A stretch of DNA of 64,000 bases, taken from positions 168,515 through 232,514 of IMG/VR virus record IMGVR_UViG_3300028416_000004; one strand, written 5' to 3'. The position numbers were made by a program, and so were the translations under genes. The notes beneath the pieces were generated by a model. It did no database searches. It was not told the origin of the DNA and was given only the letters and a program-made list of their open reading frames with translations. Shown in pieces: positions 1-9,554 of the stretch. Numbering within the stretch: the first letter of the stretch is position 1; every line of letters begins with the position of its first letter.

Positions 1-1089
1 GGAGTTATAGAATCAGATATTCAAATTGATGAAAATTTATTATTAACAAGCTTAAGTTCTGTAACTGAGGATTTTAGGAATCAAATAATAAACACATTTT
101 CATTTAGAGTAAATCCAGATGATATAGGATTAACAAATGAACAATATCTAACAAAATACTTAAGACCTTCATTATCAATGGGTAAAAGAGCTTTAGTTGC
201 TCAAATTATAAAAATGATTTTTGGACCTAAAGAAAAAATAAACCCAGACTCAGAAGTTCAAGAAAAACTATTAAATGCTGCTGCTTGTGGAGAAAAGATG
301 TATTCTATTTCTAATAATCCAGGAGTAACTGAACAAGAATTAGAATATAATAGAGTTGAACTAAAAAGACAGTTAGAGGCTGGAAAAATTGAATTAATAG
401 TTTCTTGTCAAAAAGTTGAAATAAGCTTACCAGAAAATTTTGAAGATGAATTTGATTTAGTTTCTTCTGAAGACTTAGGAATATCTGAAAGCCAAAGACC
501 TAATCCAGCAGAATCTTTTACATTATTAAATAATTATGTAAAATCAGAAATGCAAAGACAAAGAAATGAAGAAGATTCTACACAAGTAAAACAAAGTTTT
601 TTTCAAATAGTTATTGAAAAAATAATGCAATATATAAGTGTTTCTTTATCTGTTAGTCCTGAAATGAATCAAGTATTTGGTGTTATAAATGCTGAGTTAA
701 TAAAAACTGGACAAGAACCTTTGAGCTCTAAAGAAATTTTATCAAGTCCTTGTGAAATTTGTGAATCTTGTAAAAGTGGAAATGAAAAAGATTTTGAGCA
801 AAAATCAGCATTTTCTAAGAGTATAATAAATTCTTTATATTCTATCGTTTTATCTATGCTTATAAGAAGGTTAGTTTCTGAAGCTAAATCAAAAATAGCA
901 AAATTAATACAAGAAAAAGCAAAAGAGAAAATCTTAAAATTAATAAAGAGACAAAAAGAACAATTTGACTTTTTAAAGAAAATTCAAAACGCTTCTGAAA
1001 AAGTTAGTAAAGCAACAGAATATAAAGAAAGGTTAAATTCTAGTGGATTAAAAGATGTTTTTAATTTTAGAAAAGAAGATAATCAATAA
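1..1089 (+). CDS. Hypothetical protein, 5'-truncated by the window edge (probable virion/baseplate-region protein)
   Basis: The frame of the 178..1089 ORF stays open back to position 1 (GVIESDIQIDENLLL...), so the true start lies upstream of the window. No recognisable domain. Confidence 0.75.
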   Translation, partial: GVIESDIQIDENLLLTSLSSVTEDFRNQIINTFSFRVNPDDIGLTNEQYLTKYLRPSLSMGKRALVAQIIKMIFGPKEKINPDSEVQEKLLNAAACGEKMYSISNNPGVTEQELEYNRVELKRQLEAGKIELIVSCQKVEISLPENFEDEFDLVSSEDLGISESQRPNPAESFTLLNNYVKSEMQRQRNEEDSTQVKQSFFQIVIEKIMQYISVSLSVSPEMNQVFGVINAELIKTGQEPLSSKEILSSPCEICESCKSGNEKDFEQKSAFSKSIINSLYSIVLSMLIRRLVSEAKSKIAKLIQEKAKEKILKLIKRQKEQFDFLKKIQNASEKVSKATEYKERLNSSGLKDVFNFRKEDNQ

Positions 1090-1104
1090 TTTATTTAAAT
1101 TTAA

Positions 1105-1112
1105 TATTTATA
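1105..1112 (+). promoter_or_regulatory. TATTTATA motif (candidate phage late-promoter element)
   Basis: Exact TATTTATA on the coding strand 3 nt before the ATG at 1116; the same motif precedes many other genes. Confidence 0.45.
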
Positions 1113-1115
1113 AAT

Positions 1116-1532
1116 ATGGGTTGTATAAAAGTTGATGATAAATTACAAAAATCTGAAGAGCTTTCTAAGTTTTTACTTTTTTTGTTTAAAGAGAATAGAG
1201 TAAAAATACCTAAGTTTAGTTTGTTTCAAATATTACTATCTAAATTTAGACCAGGCTTAGATAGTGATTCTATAAGTTCTGAAATTATATCAAAATTTGA
1301 AAAAATAGGAATTCCAACTGGACCTTTAGAGAATGGAACTCCAAATGTAATGGAAGAATATACTAAGCTTGTAACTAATGAAATAGTTGATGCTATTCAA
1401 AATGATATGAGAGTTGATATTGCGGTAGATTCAGGTATGAATGTTATATCTAGTGGAGCGAATGGAGGGGGTCCTCTTGTTGCAACTGGTGCTAATGTTG
1501 CACCTCATAGTGGAAGTGGATTAGCTACATAA
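1116..1532 (+). CDS. Hypothetical baseplate-region protein with Gly-rich C-terminus
   Basis: 138-aa ORF next to the gp5-like gene; C-terminus GANGGGPLVATG...GSG. Confidence 0.6.
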   Translation: MGCIKVDDKLQKSEELSKFLLFLFKENRVKIPKFSLFQILLSKFRPGLDSDSISSEIISKFEKIGIPTGPLENGTPNVMEEYTKLVTNEIVDAIQNDMRVDIAVDSGMNVISSGANGGGPLVATGANVAPHSGSGLAT

Positions 1533-1537
1533 ATATT

Positions 1538-1699
1538 ATGGAAGAGGTAACAAAAAGAAGTAAAACTCAAATTTTAAGAGAAATTCAAGAAACTGTAGAT
1601 GAATTTTTACAAAAAAAACAATTAGTTGAAAGTTTACTTGAAGAAATTGATAATTTAGAGTTAAAATATTATGAACTTCAAAAAGAAATAAAAAAATAA
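1538..1699 (+). CDS. Small coiled-coil hypothetical protein (53 aa, not in the ORF track)
   Basis: ATG at 1538 to TAA ending at 1699 (MEEVTKRSKTQILREIQETVDEFLQKKQLVESLLEEIDNLELKYYELQKEIKK); it fills the gap between 1532 and 1704. Confidence 0.7.
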   Translation: MEEVTKRSKTQILREIQETVDEFLQKKQLVESLLEEIDNLELKYYELQKEIKK

Positions 1700-1703
1700 T
1701 AAA

Positions 1704-2729
1704 ATGAGTTTAGATGGATTATCTGAAAATTTGAATATTATGGGAGGTCAATCTTCTGTGTTTGGAGATGCAACTCAAGGCAATAGGATAATATATTTGG
1801 GTAAAGTAATAAGTAATGAAGATGCTTCTAATATGGGAAGGCTTTTAGTTACTATAATAGATTTTGCTTCTGAAACTGGTATAGAACAACCAGGTAAAGA
1901 TAAAAATGATAATACTCCAAAAATGGCTTATCCATTAATACCTCAATTTGTAAATGTAATACCTAGAGTTGATGAATTAGTTTATGTATTTTTGGAAAAC
2001 CCTAAAGACCAAAGTTCTAGAAGGTTTTATGCAGGACCAATTAGAAGTGTAAAAAAAGCTCAAACAGAATTTGAAAGTACTTCTTCTTCTAATGAATTAT
2101 TTACTGTAAATACATTTTCTAGAGAAAATAAAAGTGTAGATGTACAAAATTTTATAATAAAAGATAATATTAGATTAGATGGTAAAAATAATGCTAATAT
2201 TGCTCTAAAGCCTAGAGAAGTTTTAATTACTGCTGGAGGTTTAAAAGATAATAGTTTTGAAAAAAATGAAAAAACAGAATGTTATATTCAAATAAAAGAT
2301 AATTTAGAACAAACTCGTGAAAAAATAGCTCGTTCTTCTTTGGATATAAATCAAAATATAATTACTAGAGACTCTTTTTCTCAAGCTAACATTGTAGCAT
2401 CCAATATAAATTTAATATCCTCAAATAAGTCTTCTAGAAAAAATAGAGCACTAGATGAAAATGGAAATCTAAAAGATTTATCTAATGTTGAGATAAATAC
2501 GAATCCAGATTTAGAAACTTATGGAGATTTAGCAAAAGAATTACATCCTTTAGTTTTAGGTGATGAATTGGTGAAACTTTTAAAGATTATAATTAGATTT
2601 TGTTTAAATCATAAACATACACCACAAGAAAAACCTTATGCTACAGTAGAAGAAATAAATCTTTTAAATGAATATTTATCTGATGAAAAAATACAAGAAA
2701 TTCTTTCAAAATCTGTAAGAACAAATTAA
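1704..2729 (+). CDS. Baseplate hub/central spike protein, gp5/VgrG-like OB-fold
   Basis: N-terminal YLGKVISNEDASNMGRLLVTI...AYPLIP...IPRVDELVYVFLEN matches the gp5 OB-fold pattern; C-terminal LVLGDEL...NHKHTP has the spike-tip HxH motif. Confidence 0.75.
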   Translation: MSLDGLSENLNIMGGQSSVFGDATQGNRIIYLGKVISNEDASNMGRLLVTIIDFASETGIEQPGKDKNDNTPKMAYPLIPQFVNVIPRVDELVYVFLENPKDQSSRRFYAGPIRSVKKAQTEFESTSSSNELFTVNTFSRENKSVDVQNFIIKDNIRLDGKNNANIALKPREVLITAGGLKDNSFEKNEKTECYIQIKDNLEQTREKIARSSLDINQNIITRDSFSQANIVASNINLISSNKSSRKNRALDENGNLKDLSNVEINTNPDLETYGDLAKELHPLVLGDELVKLLKIIIRFCLNHKHTPQEKPYATVEEINLLNEYLSDEKIQEILSKSVRTN

Positions 2730-4585
2730 GTTGTTCTTATTTTTAAATCTGCATCAGGATATCTAACTTCAAACATTGATAAAGGCGTTGAATATATAGT
2801 GTTATCAATTAAATTTATTAAAGTCTTTCTTATGTTATTAGAAGCACTAGAAGGTAATAGAGTTGTAGGTCCACTAGCTTGAGAAATTAAATTAGAAGAA
2901 TATAATCCTCCATCTAAATTGTAAACTCTTATTCCAGAAACATTTATTACACCTGGAACTTCTCTTAGGATATCTGTTAATTGAGAAATATAAACATGTT
3001 GTCCCATATCCCAATTGTCAATATTAAAATAATCTTTTAATTGTTGCAAACAAGTTACTTTAACTTCATTACTATTAAAACTTTTATCTGTAAGTAAATC
3101 TATTTCAAAAGATAAATTAACAACTTTTGCATCATTTATTTCTATAAAGTCATTGATAGCTCTATATTTAGAAAGATAGTTTACAAGATTATTTTTTAGT
3201 AAACTTAAAGAAGTTTCTGAAAGTTTTCCATTAGAATCTTTAGATAAAACATAAAGTTGAATTTTATTATCATTAACTCTTCCATTAATTCTAAAAGGAG
3301 CACCAAATTTGCCAGGTATCTGTTTTGCTCTTGCAATATAATCTTCAAGCGTTATACATCTTTCTTGAGCTGCAAAATTACTAGATGCAGCATATCTAAT
3401 TTCTTGAACATTAGGCAAACCTCGACCTCCTAATGCTGGAATAATATTAGTCCCTTTTGTTGAAGATAAGACAGAATCGTTAACTGTAGCATTAACTCCT
3501 TGTATTACAGCATTTATGTTTCCTATTTTATTTAAAACGTTTGTACCAACATTAGATTCTTCCCCGCCTCCTATTCTATATTTTATAAATAGAGTAGAGT
3601 CAGCAGGTAATTTTTCACCTAAAGAAGTATTATTTAATATTCTTTCATAACTAACTTGATTAGCACTATTTAATGCTAGACTATTTAAGTATTCAGCATA
3701 TGCATTAACATTTGGTGTACCACCTCCAAAAGTTAATTTACAAGAACCATCTGATAAAAATTCTTTTGTAAATCTTCTATTTACTTCAACCCATCTCCCA
3801 TAAGAAAAAGAACCAGTAGAAACCCCAGTATCTTCTAAGAAGATTTCATCTTCAGCTAAGTGGTCTACTTCGTAATATTTGTAATCAAAATTTTTATAAT
3901 CAGTATATGTTGGAGGAATGTTTATGTTAGTTCCTGGAAGAACTATAACATCTAAAATTTCTAAAATATTAGTTTGTGATAAAAACACCTCTAAAAATTC
4001 TGTTTCAGAATCTTCATCTGTGATAATTTTTTGTAAAGTTGTAGTTATACCAGCAACTGCAAATTCTCTTTTTGTGATATTATATCCTAATATATTTTGT
4101 GAAGCATCAAAAATTGGATTTATAATTCTATTAGTAACACCAGTTTCAGAAAAATCACTTGAAAAATCAACTTGATTAACAGTTTCAAAAGATTGGCCAT
4201 TCCCATCAAATCTAACTCCAGGTCTATAAATAGGCAAATATTGTTCGTCTGGTCCTGTAGAAATAGCTGGAACTCTAATAGTTATATCGACAAGAGTGGA
4301 GCTACCTCTAACTCCAGGTACTTTGTATCCTAAAGTTTTAGCTAATCTATAAGCTGAAGAAATTTCACTAACTCCATCTAAAAATAATTCATTAAATCTT
4401 TTATCTGTATAATAAGATAATAAATCAGAAACATAAGCAAGTAAGTCTACTAAAGCCATACCAGCACTTGTCACATTGAAATCTTGCCATTGTTTTGGAA
4501 AATAAACTTTTAAAACTTTTTCTATATCTTCTCTTATAGTGTTAAAATCTCTTTTAAGATAATCCTGCTTTTTTAATACTGGCAT
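2726..4585 (-). CDS. Baseplate wedge protein (T4 gp6 / baseplate J-like)
   Basis: Motifs RDFNTIREDI...WQDFNVTSAGMALVDLLAYVSDLLSYYTD, LAKTLGYK, YRIGGGEESNV and RCITLEDY are typical of gp6/J wedge proteins. Confidence 0.9.
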   Translation of the reverse strand: MPVLKKQDYLKRDFNTIREDIEKVLKVYFPKQWQDFNVTSAGMALVDLLAYVSDLLSYYTDKRFNELFLDGVSEISSAYRLAKTLGYKVPGVRGSSTLVDITIRVPAISTGPDEQYLPIYRPGVRFDGNGQSFETVNQVDFSSDFSETGVTNRIINPIFDASQNILGYNITKREFAVAGITTTLQKIITDEDSETEFLEVFLSQTNILEILDVIVLPGTNINIPPTYTDYKNFDYKYYEVDHLAEDEIFLEDTGVSTGSFSYGRWVEVNRRFTKEFLSDGSCKLTFGGGTPNVNAYAEYLNSLALNSANQVSYERILNNTSLGEKLPADSTLFIKYRIGGGEESNVGTNVLNKIGNINAVIQGVNATVNDSVLSSTKGTNIIPALGGRGLPNVQEIRYAASSNFAAQERCITLEDYIARAKQIPGKFGAPFRINGRVNDNKIQLYVLSKDSNGKLSETSLSLLKNNLVNYLSKYRAINDFIEINDAKVVNLSFEIDLLTDKSFNSNEVKVTCLQQLKDYFNIDNWDMGQHVYISQLTDILREVPGVINVSGIRVYNLDGGLYSSNLISQASGPTTLLPSSASNNIRKTLINLIDNTIYSTPLSMFEVRYPDADLKIRTT

Positions 4586-4603
4586 ATTGTGTTTGTTTAA
4601 TTA

Positions 4604-4990
4604 TTAAAATTCTCTTGGTATATTTAGTGTTACAGAATCTGTAACTCCAAAGAAAGTGTTTATTTTAAATACTATTTCTATTGTTAATAAATTAGTTTCT
4701 TCTTGTTCTGTGAAAAAAATTTTTACTATTGTTATTTGAGGAATAAATTCAGCAACCTTTTCTTCAATATCTTTTTGTAGTTCAGATTTTGTAAAATCAT
4801 CCAATGGCTCCATAATATAGTCGTATATTGGTGAAAAAAGAGTACTTCTCATAGGTCTTTGCCCTCTTCTTGTTGTCAATAAAGAAATTAAATCAGCCTT
4901 TAAAGCTTGTTCAGTTGTTTGGTTAGTATCAAATATACCACCTGTTGTTGTTTCTTTAAAAGGAAATTTAATATTTATACTATTAGCCAT
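4604..4990 (-). CDS. Baseplate wedge protein, gp25/GPW-like
   Basis: 128 aa; INIKFPF...LKADLISLLTTRRGQRPM...IYDYIMEPLD fits the gp25 family; adjacent to the gp6-like gene. Confidence 0.9.
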   Translation of the reverse strand: MANSINIKFPFKETTTGGIFDTNQTTEQALKADLISLLTTRRGQRPMRSTLFSPIYDYIMEPLDDFTKSELQKDIEEKVAEFIPQITIVKIFFTEQEETNLLTIEIVFKINTFFGVTDSVTLNIPREF

Positions 4991-5114
4991 TATGTTTTTT
5001 TATTATAAATAGTAAAGTCAAAAAAATTAAAGACTTTTTTAATGCACTATTTATGTTATATATAATAAATACTAATTAATATATATAATTTAAAATAAAA
5101 ATAAACTATAAAAT

Positions 5115-6521
5115 ATGGGAAGACTTAGAATTTATCCTGACAAAAATAACACAATAGCTTCTGGTTATTTCGAAAACTTTAACTCTGCCTATAATCCAGG
5201 TACTATATTGTGGTATGGGGGGTCTGGATTAAGAAATAGTATATCTAAATTTTTGATTCACTTTGATTTAGAAGAATTAAAAAATAAATTAAATTCTAAG
5301 GAGATAAATTCTGATTACATCTCTTCTTATAGACTTAAGATGACAAATGTAGTTCCAGACGGAAAATTGTTAGAAAGTGATTTTGAATTTGCTAGATTGG
5401 ACAAAAAAATAGCTTCTTCTTTTGATTTAATCGCTTTTCCTGTCAATAAAGAATGGGATGCTGGTAGAGGTTATGATTTAATGGGTCAAGAATATATAAA
5501 AACTACAAAAGGCGATACAAATTTAACTGGCTATTCAAATTGGAATCAAGCAACATCTATTACTTCTTGGGATGAGCCAGGAATTTTTATAAATCCTACA
5601 GCTTCAACAACTAATTATTCTATTCAACATTTTGATGTTGGAGACGAAGATTTAGATTTAGATATAACTAATATCGTAAAAGATTGGCTTAGTGGAGGTT
5701 CTGAAAATTATGGTTTAGCAATTTCTTATACAAGAGATTATGAATTAATTTCAGGATACACTAGGTATATGTCTAGATTTTATACTAAGCACACTAATAC
5801 AGCTTTTAAACCTTATATGGAAATTGTGTATGACAATCAAATAATAAGAGATGATAGATTAAGAGTAGCAAATAATAGAACTTCTAGGTTATTCTTAAAT
5901 TTATTTAGTGGAAATACATCGGCTAATTATTTTTCTGCTGGAACTGTTTCTATAAAAAACTCTGCTAATCAAGATGTTATAACTGGATTAACGCCAAACC
6001 AATTAACAAAAGGTGTGTATTATGTAGATGTTTTAATGACAGGTGCAACAAAAAATCAAATTTATAAAGATGTGTGGAATGATATAACATTTTCCCCAGG
6101 CATTGACAAACAATCTTTTGAACAAAAATTTCATATTTTAGGTAATTATTATACTAATTTTCCAAAAGAAATTAATCAATATGTAGTTGAGTTATATGGA
6201 ATATCTAATAATCAAATTCTTAAAAAAGGAGAATTGATAAGAATATATGCAGAAACTAGAGTTGAATATAGTACAAAAACTCCTAATGAATATTATGGTT
6301 TAGAATATAGATTAATCCATAATGAAATTACAGAAGTTATACCTTGGTCTTCTTTCAATTCAATAGTAATAGATGGTTGCACTAAAGAATTTATTGATTT
6401 AGACACTTCTTGGCTTTTATCTAATCAAAATTATAAGATTGAATTAAGAGTAAATGAACTAGGAACTAAAAGAGTATTGGATGAAACGGTTTATTTTAAG
6501 ATTTTCAATGAAAGAAATTAA
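5115..6521 (+). CDS. Virion structural protein with DNRLRE/CBM96-like domain
   Basis: FLIHFDL...LKM...W..G..YD...W...G...DLDITNIVKDWLSGGSENYGLAI...FKPYMEIVYD resembles the DNRLRE domain. Confidence 0.6.
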   Translation: MGRLRIYPDKNNTIASGYFENFNSAYNPGTILWYGGSGLRNSISKFLIHFDLEELKNKLNSKEINSDYISSYRLKMTNVVPDGKLLESDFEFARLDKKIASSFDLIAFPVNKEWDAGRGYDLMGQEYIKTTKGDTNLTGYSNWNQATSITSWDEPGIFINPTASTTNYSIQHFDVGDEDLDLDITNIVKDWLSGGSENYGLAISYTRDYELISGYTRYMSRFYTKHTNTAFKPYMEIVYDNQIIRDDRLRVANNRTSRLFLNLFSGNTSANYFSAGTVSIKNSANQDVITGLTPNQLTKGVYYVDVLMTGATKNQIYKDVWNDITFSPGIDKQSFEQKFHILGNYYTNFPKEINQYVVELYGISNNQILKKGELIRIYAETRVEYSTKTPNEYYGLEYRLIHNEITEVIPWSSFNSIVIDGCTKEFIDLDTSWLLSNQNYKIELRVNELGTKRVLDETVYFKIFNERN

Positions 6522-6575
6522 AATTCATTGACTTTTTTATTAAATTCCTTAAAATAACAATTATAAATATTCCAA

Positions 6576-9539
6576 ATGGCAGATATTATAAAAAAAATAA
6601 AAACCAATAAAGATGTAAATGTAATAACTTACTTTACGACAGTTGATGCGAGTTCAAAAGAAATTTTTGAAAAACTCAAAAATATTTCCAGTTTACCAAC
6701 TATAAATAGACAACTTAGAATTTGGGATACTATACAACAACAAGGAAAAGAAGCTTATGCAATAAAAGGAGCAAATAATAAAGTTGTTGAATTGTTAGAA
6801 ATGGTAGATGGTTCTTATTGTAAAAGAATACCTTTAACTAATGAATTTAAATTTTTATCTGAAGATGAAGAAAAGAATGTAGTTAAAGGTAAAGTTTTTT
6901 ATGCAAAACAAGATTATGTAAGACCATTAAAGAATGAAACTGTTGAAGAATTTATAGAACAAGCAATAGCTTACTCTGGAAATTCAGCATATTCAAATGT
7001 TTTTAATACAATTCAAAAAAAAACAGATTACTATGCTGACATAACTTTAAAAAGGAGTATAGATACACTCGATACTTTAAATGTCAAAAATAATCTTTTA
7101 TCTGAAGTACCAACTCAAGAGTCAGACACTGGTGTTGTATGTGGAACTTTAGTAGCTAGACAAAAAGTTTTAGATGAAAATGGAGAAAGAGCTTTAATTC
7201 CTTTGGCAAATGTTCCAATAGTTATTTTTAATCCTTCAGAAGAATTTCCTACATATACTTCTCAGGATGAAAATGGCAATAGAATAACTTTGAATGTCAT
7301 ACAAAATTCAGAACCAGAAGATTATTCAGATTTAAACTCTTATGTTTTAGATGTAGGTGTAGATAAGGCAAGAGAAGCTTTAGGGAGTAATGATGTTGGA
7401 GAGGAGTTTGATGGATTGAAACCTTTGTTAAAATCTGTTGAAAGTTTAAATTTACCTGAACATTATAAATATTCAACTATTACAAATGAAAAAGGAGAAT
7501 TTGTAATTCATGATGTACCTACTGGAAATCAAGTTTTATTATTTGAAGTAGATTTATTAAAACAAGGGATGAATAAAAGTGAAGTCGCCTTAAATTTCTT
7601 CCCATACACTAATGAAGAATTACCTAACATAGATAATGTACCTCATTTTTATTATAGGCAAATTCCAATCTCTGTAGTTTCTTCTTGGGGCGAATTTCAA
7701 ACTGGATTTACTGAAGTGAATATAACTTCTAATTTAGATATGAGAAAATGGTCTACTTTTTATGTATCTCCCATTTCTGTTGAAGATAATAATTTAGAAG
7801 AACTTTTTGCTTTAGGTAATTTTAGTAGATTAAATATTTTAGCTAAAGATATGACTAAAGAAGGATATCCTTTAACTACAGAAATAGTAGAAGTGGATGA
7901 TATTTTTTCTAGAGTTGAAAATCAAAGATTAGAGTGGTTTAATGAAAATAAATTTACTAAGTCACAGATTAATTTTAGTAAAAATAATTTTCAAACTTTT
8001 AAACTACCTGCTAATCTTTATGACCCAAATGGAATATCATCTAAAGATGGTGGAAGAACTAAATTAAATTCTAAAAAAGGTGTTTGGTTATGTTCTTATC
8101 AAATGAAAATGTATTACGAAGGAAATCCAGATGTTTATCGAACAACTGGATTTTTAAGAGATAAATTAGAAGAAAATGCTGTTCATTCAAGTCATTTTGA
8201 TGCTAATAGAGGTGTAGACTCTAATCCTTCTTCTGCTACTGGCAACGGATACAATACTTCTATCAACACTTTTCCATATGAAAGAACTTGGACAATAAAT
8301 TACCCAGAACCTTATAAAATACCTTCACTACCTATAGAATATAATGAAAAAGACTTCAATAATCAAGTTGAGCCTAGATATTTAGATGGTGATTTAGCTG
8401 GGTTTTATTATGGTCAAGAAGAATCAACAGGGTATGGACTTATGACTCCCTTAGAAGGAGGTGATGCTATATATAATAAATTTTCACAGACGATTACTAA
8501 AAGTAGAATATATAAATATGAAACAGATGTTTCTTGGCATGAAGAATATTCAAATGGATTTAGAAAATCACAACACTCTAATCTTTTTCAAGGTAAACAT
8601 TTTACTGTAAAAAGTGGAGAAAAGTATCAAAGAATAGAATGTGGATTTGCTTATTGGTTAAAACCAGAAGGTTGGGGTAGAATTAATAATCAAGGTTGGG
8701 GTGATATTATGTTAAATTCAGATATTAATTCAAATTATTCATCTTCAGACAATAAACTTATACCTCAATCTTATATAGGTGCAAATTATAGACAGAGTGA
8801 AAATTTATTATTAAAAATGGATAGCTCAATTTCTCCTTCATGGTTAAGACAAGGTGCTATTGATTTTTATAGAATTGTAGATGATTCTCCTCAATTTTTA
8901 GAAGAAAAAATACCATCACCAATTAAAAAGTATGGCAAAGTTGTAATTGAAAATATCTACACCAATAGAGAAAAGGCTATCTCTAGGCTTGAATTACGAA
9001 TAAGTAATAAAAAAAACTATAGAATGAGAATTTCACAAAATTCTGTTATTGAAATAACAAATAATGGTGCCATAAAATCTGAAATAACAGTTAATGGTGA
9101 TAAGAGACAAGTTGAACCAAAAAAATCTATCTCTTTTAATGTTGCATCTTATACTGAAATTACATTTACTTCAAATTTAGATTATGATATTCAAAAAAAT
9201 TCTTATGATACTTGTAATTATACATTTAAGTTTAAAAATAGTGAAATTAAGAAAGTAGACACTATAATTTATGATTATTATAACTTTACCTTAACAGCTG
9301 GTGAACAAACTCAAATACCAACTAGATATTTAGTTACGACAGTATATAGTGCTGAAGGTAATGTAAAAATCAAGAAAAAAGGAGTTAAGAAGTGTAAAAA
9401 AACATTCAATCAAGCAGGCACATATCAGATTAATGGTTTGATTTTTGAAAAAACTAAATCTTCATCAGCATTAAGCTTCACTTCATCACGAGTAGGTCAT
9501 GATTGTGCTGATGGTGGTATTAAAATTTTGAGAGTTTAA
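6576..9539 (+). CDS. Large virion structural protein with prealbumin/carboxypeptidase-regulatory-like domain
   Basis: 987 aa; YSTITNEKGEFVIHDVPTGNQVLLFEVD beta-sandwich motif; lies in the structural operon. Confidence 0.55.
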   Translation: MADIIKKIKTNKDVNVITYFTTVDASSKEIFEKLKNISSLPTINRQLRIWDTIQQQGKEAYAIKGANNKVVELLEMVDGSYCKRIPLTNEFKFLSEDEEKNVVKGKVFYAKQDYVRPLKNETVEEFIEQAIAYSGNSAYSNVFNTIQKKTDYYADITLKRSIDTLDTLNVKNNLLSEVPTQESDTGVVCGTLVARQKVLDENGERALIPLANVPIVIFNPSEEFPTYTSQDENGNRITLNVIQNSEPEDYSDLNSYVLDVGVDKAREALGSNDVGEEFDGLKPLLKSVESLNLPEHYKYSTITNEKGEFVIHDVPTGNQVLLFEVDLLKQGMNKSEVALNFFPYTNEELPNIDNVPHFYYRQIPISVVSSWGEFQTGFTEVNITSNLDMRKWSTFYVSPISVEDNNLEELFALGNFSRLNILAKDMTKEGYPLTTEIVEVDDIFSRVENQRLEWFNENKFTKSQINFSKNNFQTFKLPANLYDPNGISSKDGGRTKLNSKKGVWLCSYQMKMYYEGNPDVYRTTGFLRDKLEENAVHSSHFDANRGVDSNPSSATGNGYNTSINTFPYERTWTINYPEPYKIPSLPIEYNEKDFNNQVEPRYLDGDLAGFYYGQEESTGYGLMTPLEGGDAIYNKFSQTITKSRIYKYETDVSWHEEYSNGFRKSQHSNLFQGKHFTVKSGEKYQRIECGFAYWLKPEGWGRINNQGWGDIMLNSDINSNYSSSDNKLIPQSYIGANYRQSENLLLKMDSSISPSWLRQGAIDFYRIVDDSPQFLEEKIPSPIKKYGKVVIENIYTNREKAISRLELRISNKKNYRMRISQNSVIEITNNGAIKSEITVNGDKRQVEPKKSISFNVASYTEITFTSNLDYDIQKNSYDTCNYTFKFKNSEIKKVDTIIYDYYNFTLTAGEQTQIPTRYLVTTVYSAEGNVKIKKKGVKKCKKTFNQAGTYQINGLIFEKTKSSSALSFTSSRVGHDCADGGIKILRV

Positions 9540-9554
9540 TTTTAAAAAAAACTA

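Noticed and set aside
2726-2729. Convergent genes sharing a TTAA stop overlap (also at 51053-51056) as a special signal
   Set aside because: This is an expected consequence of compact AT-rich genomes that use TAA stops.
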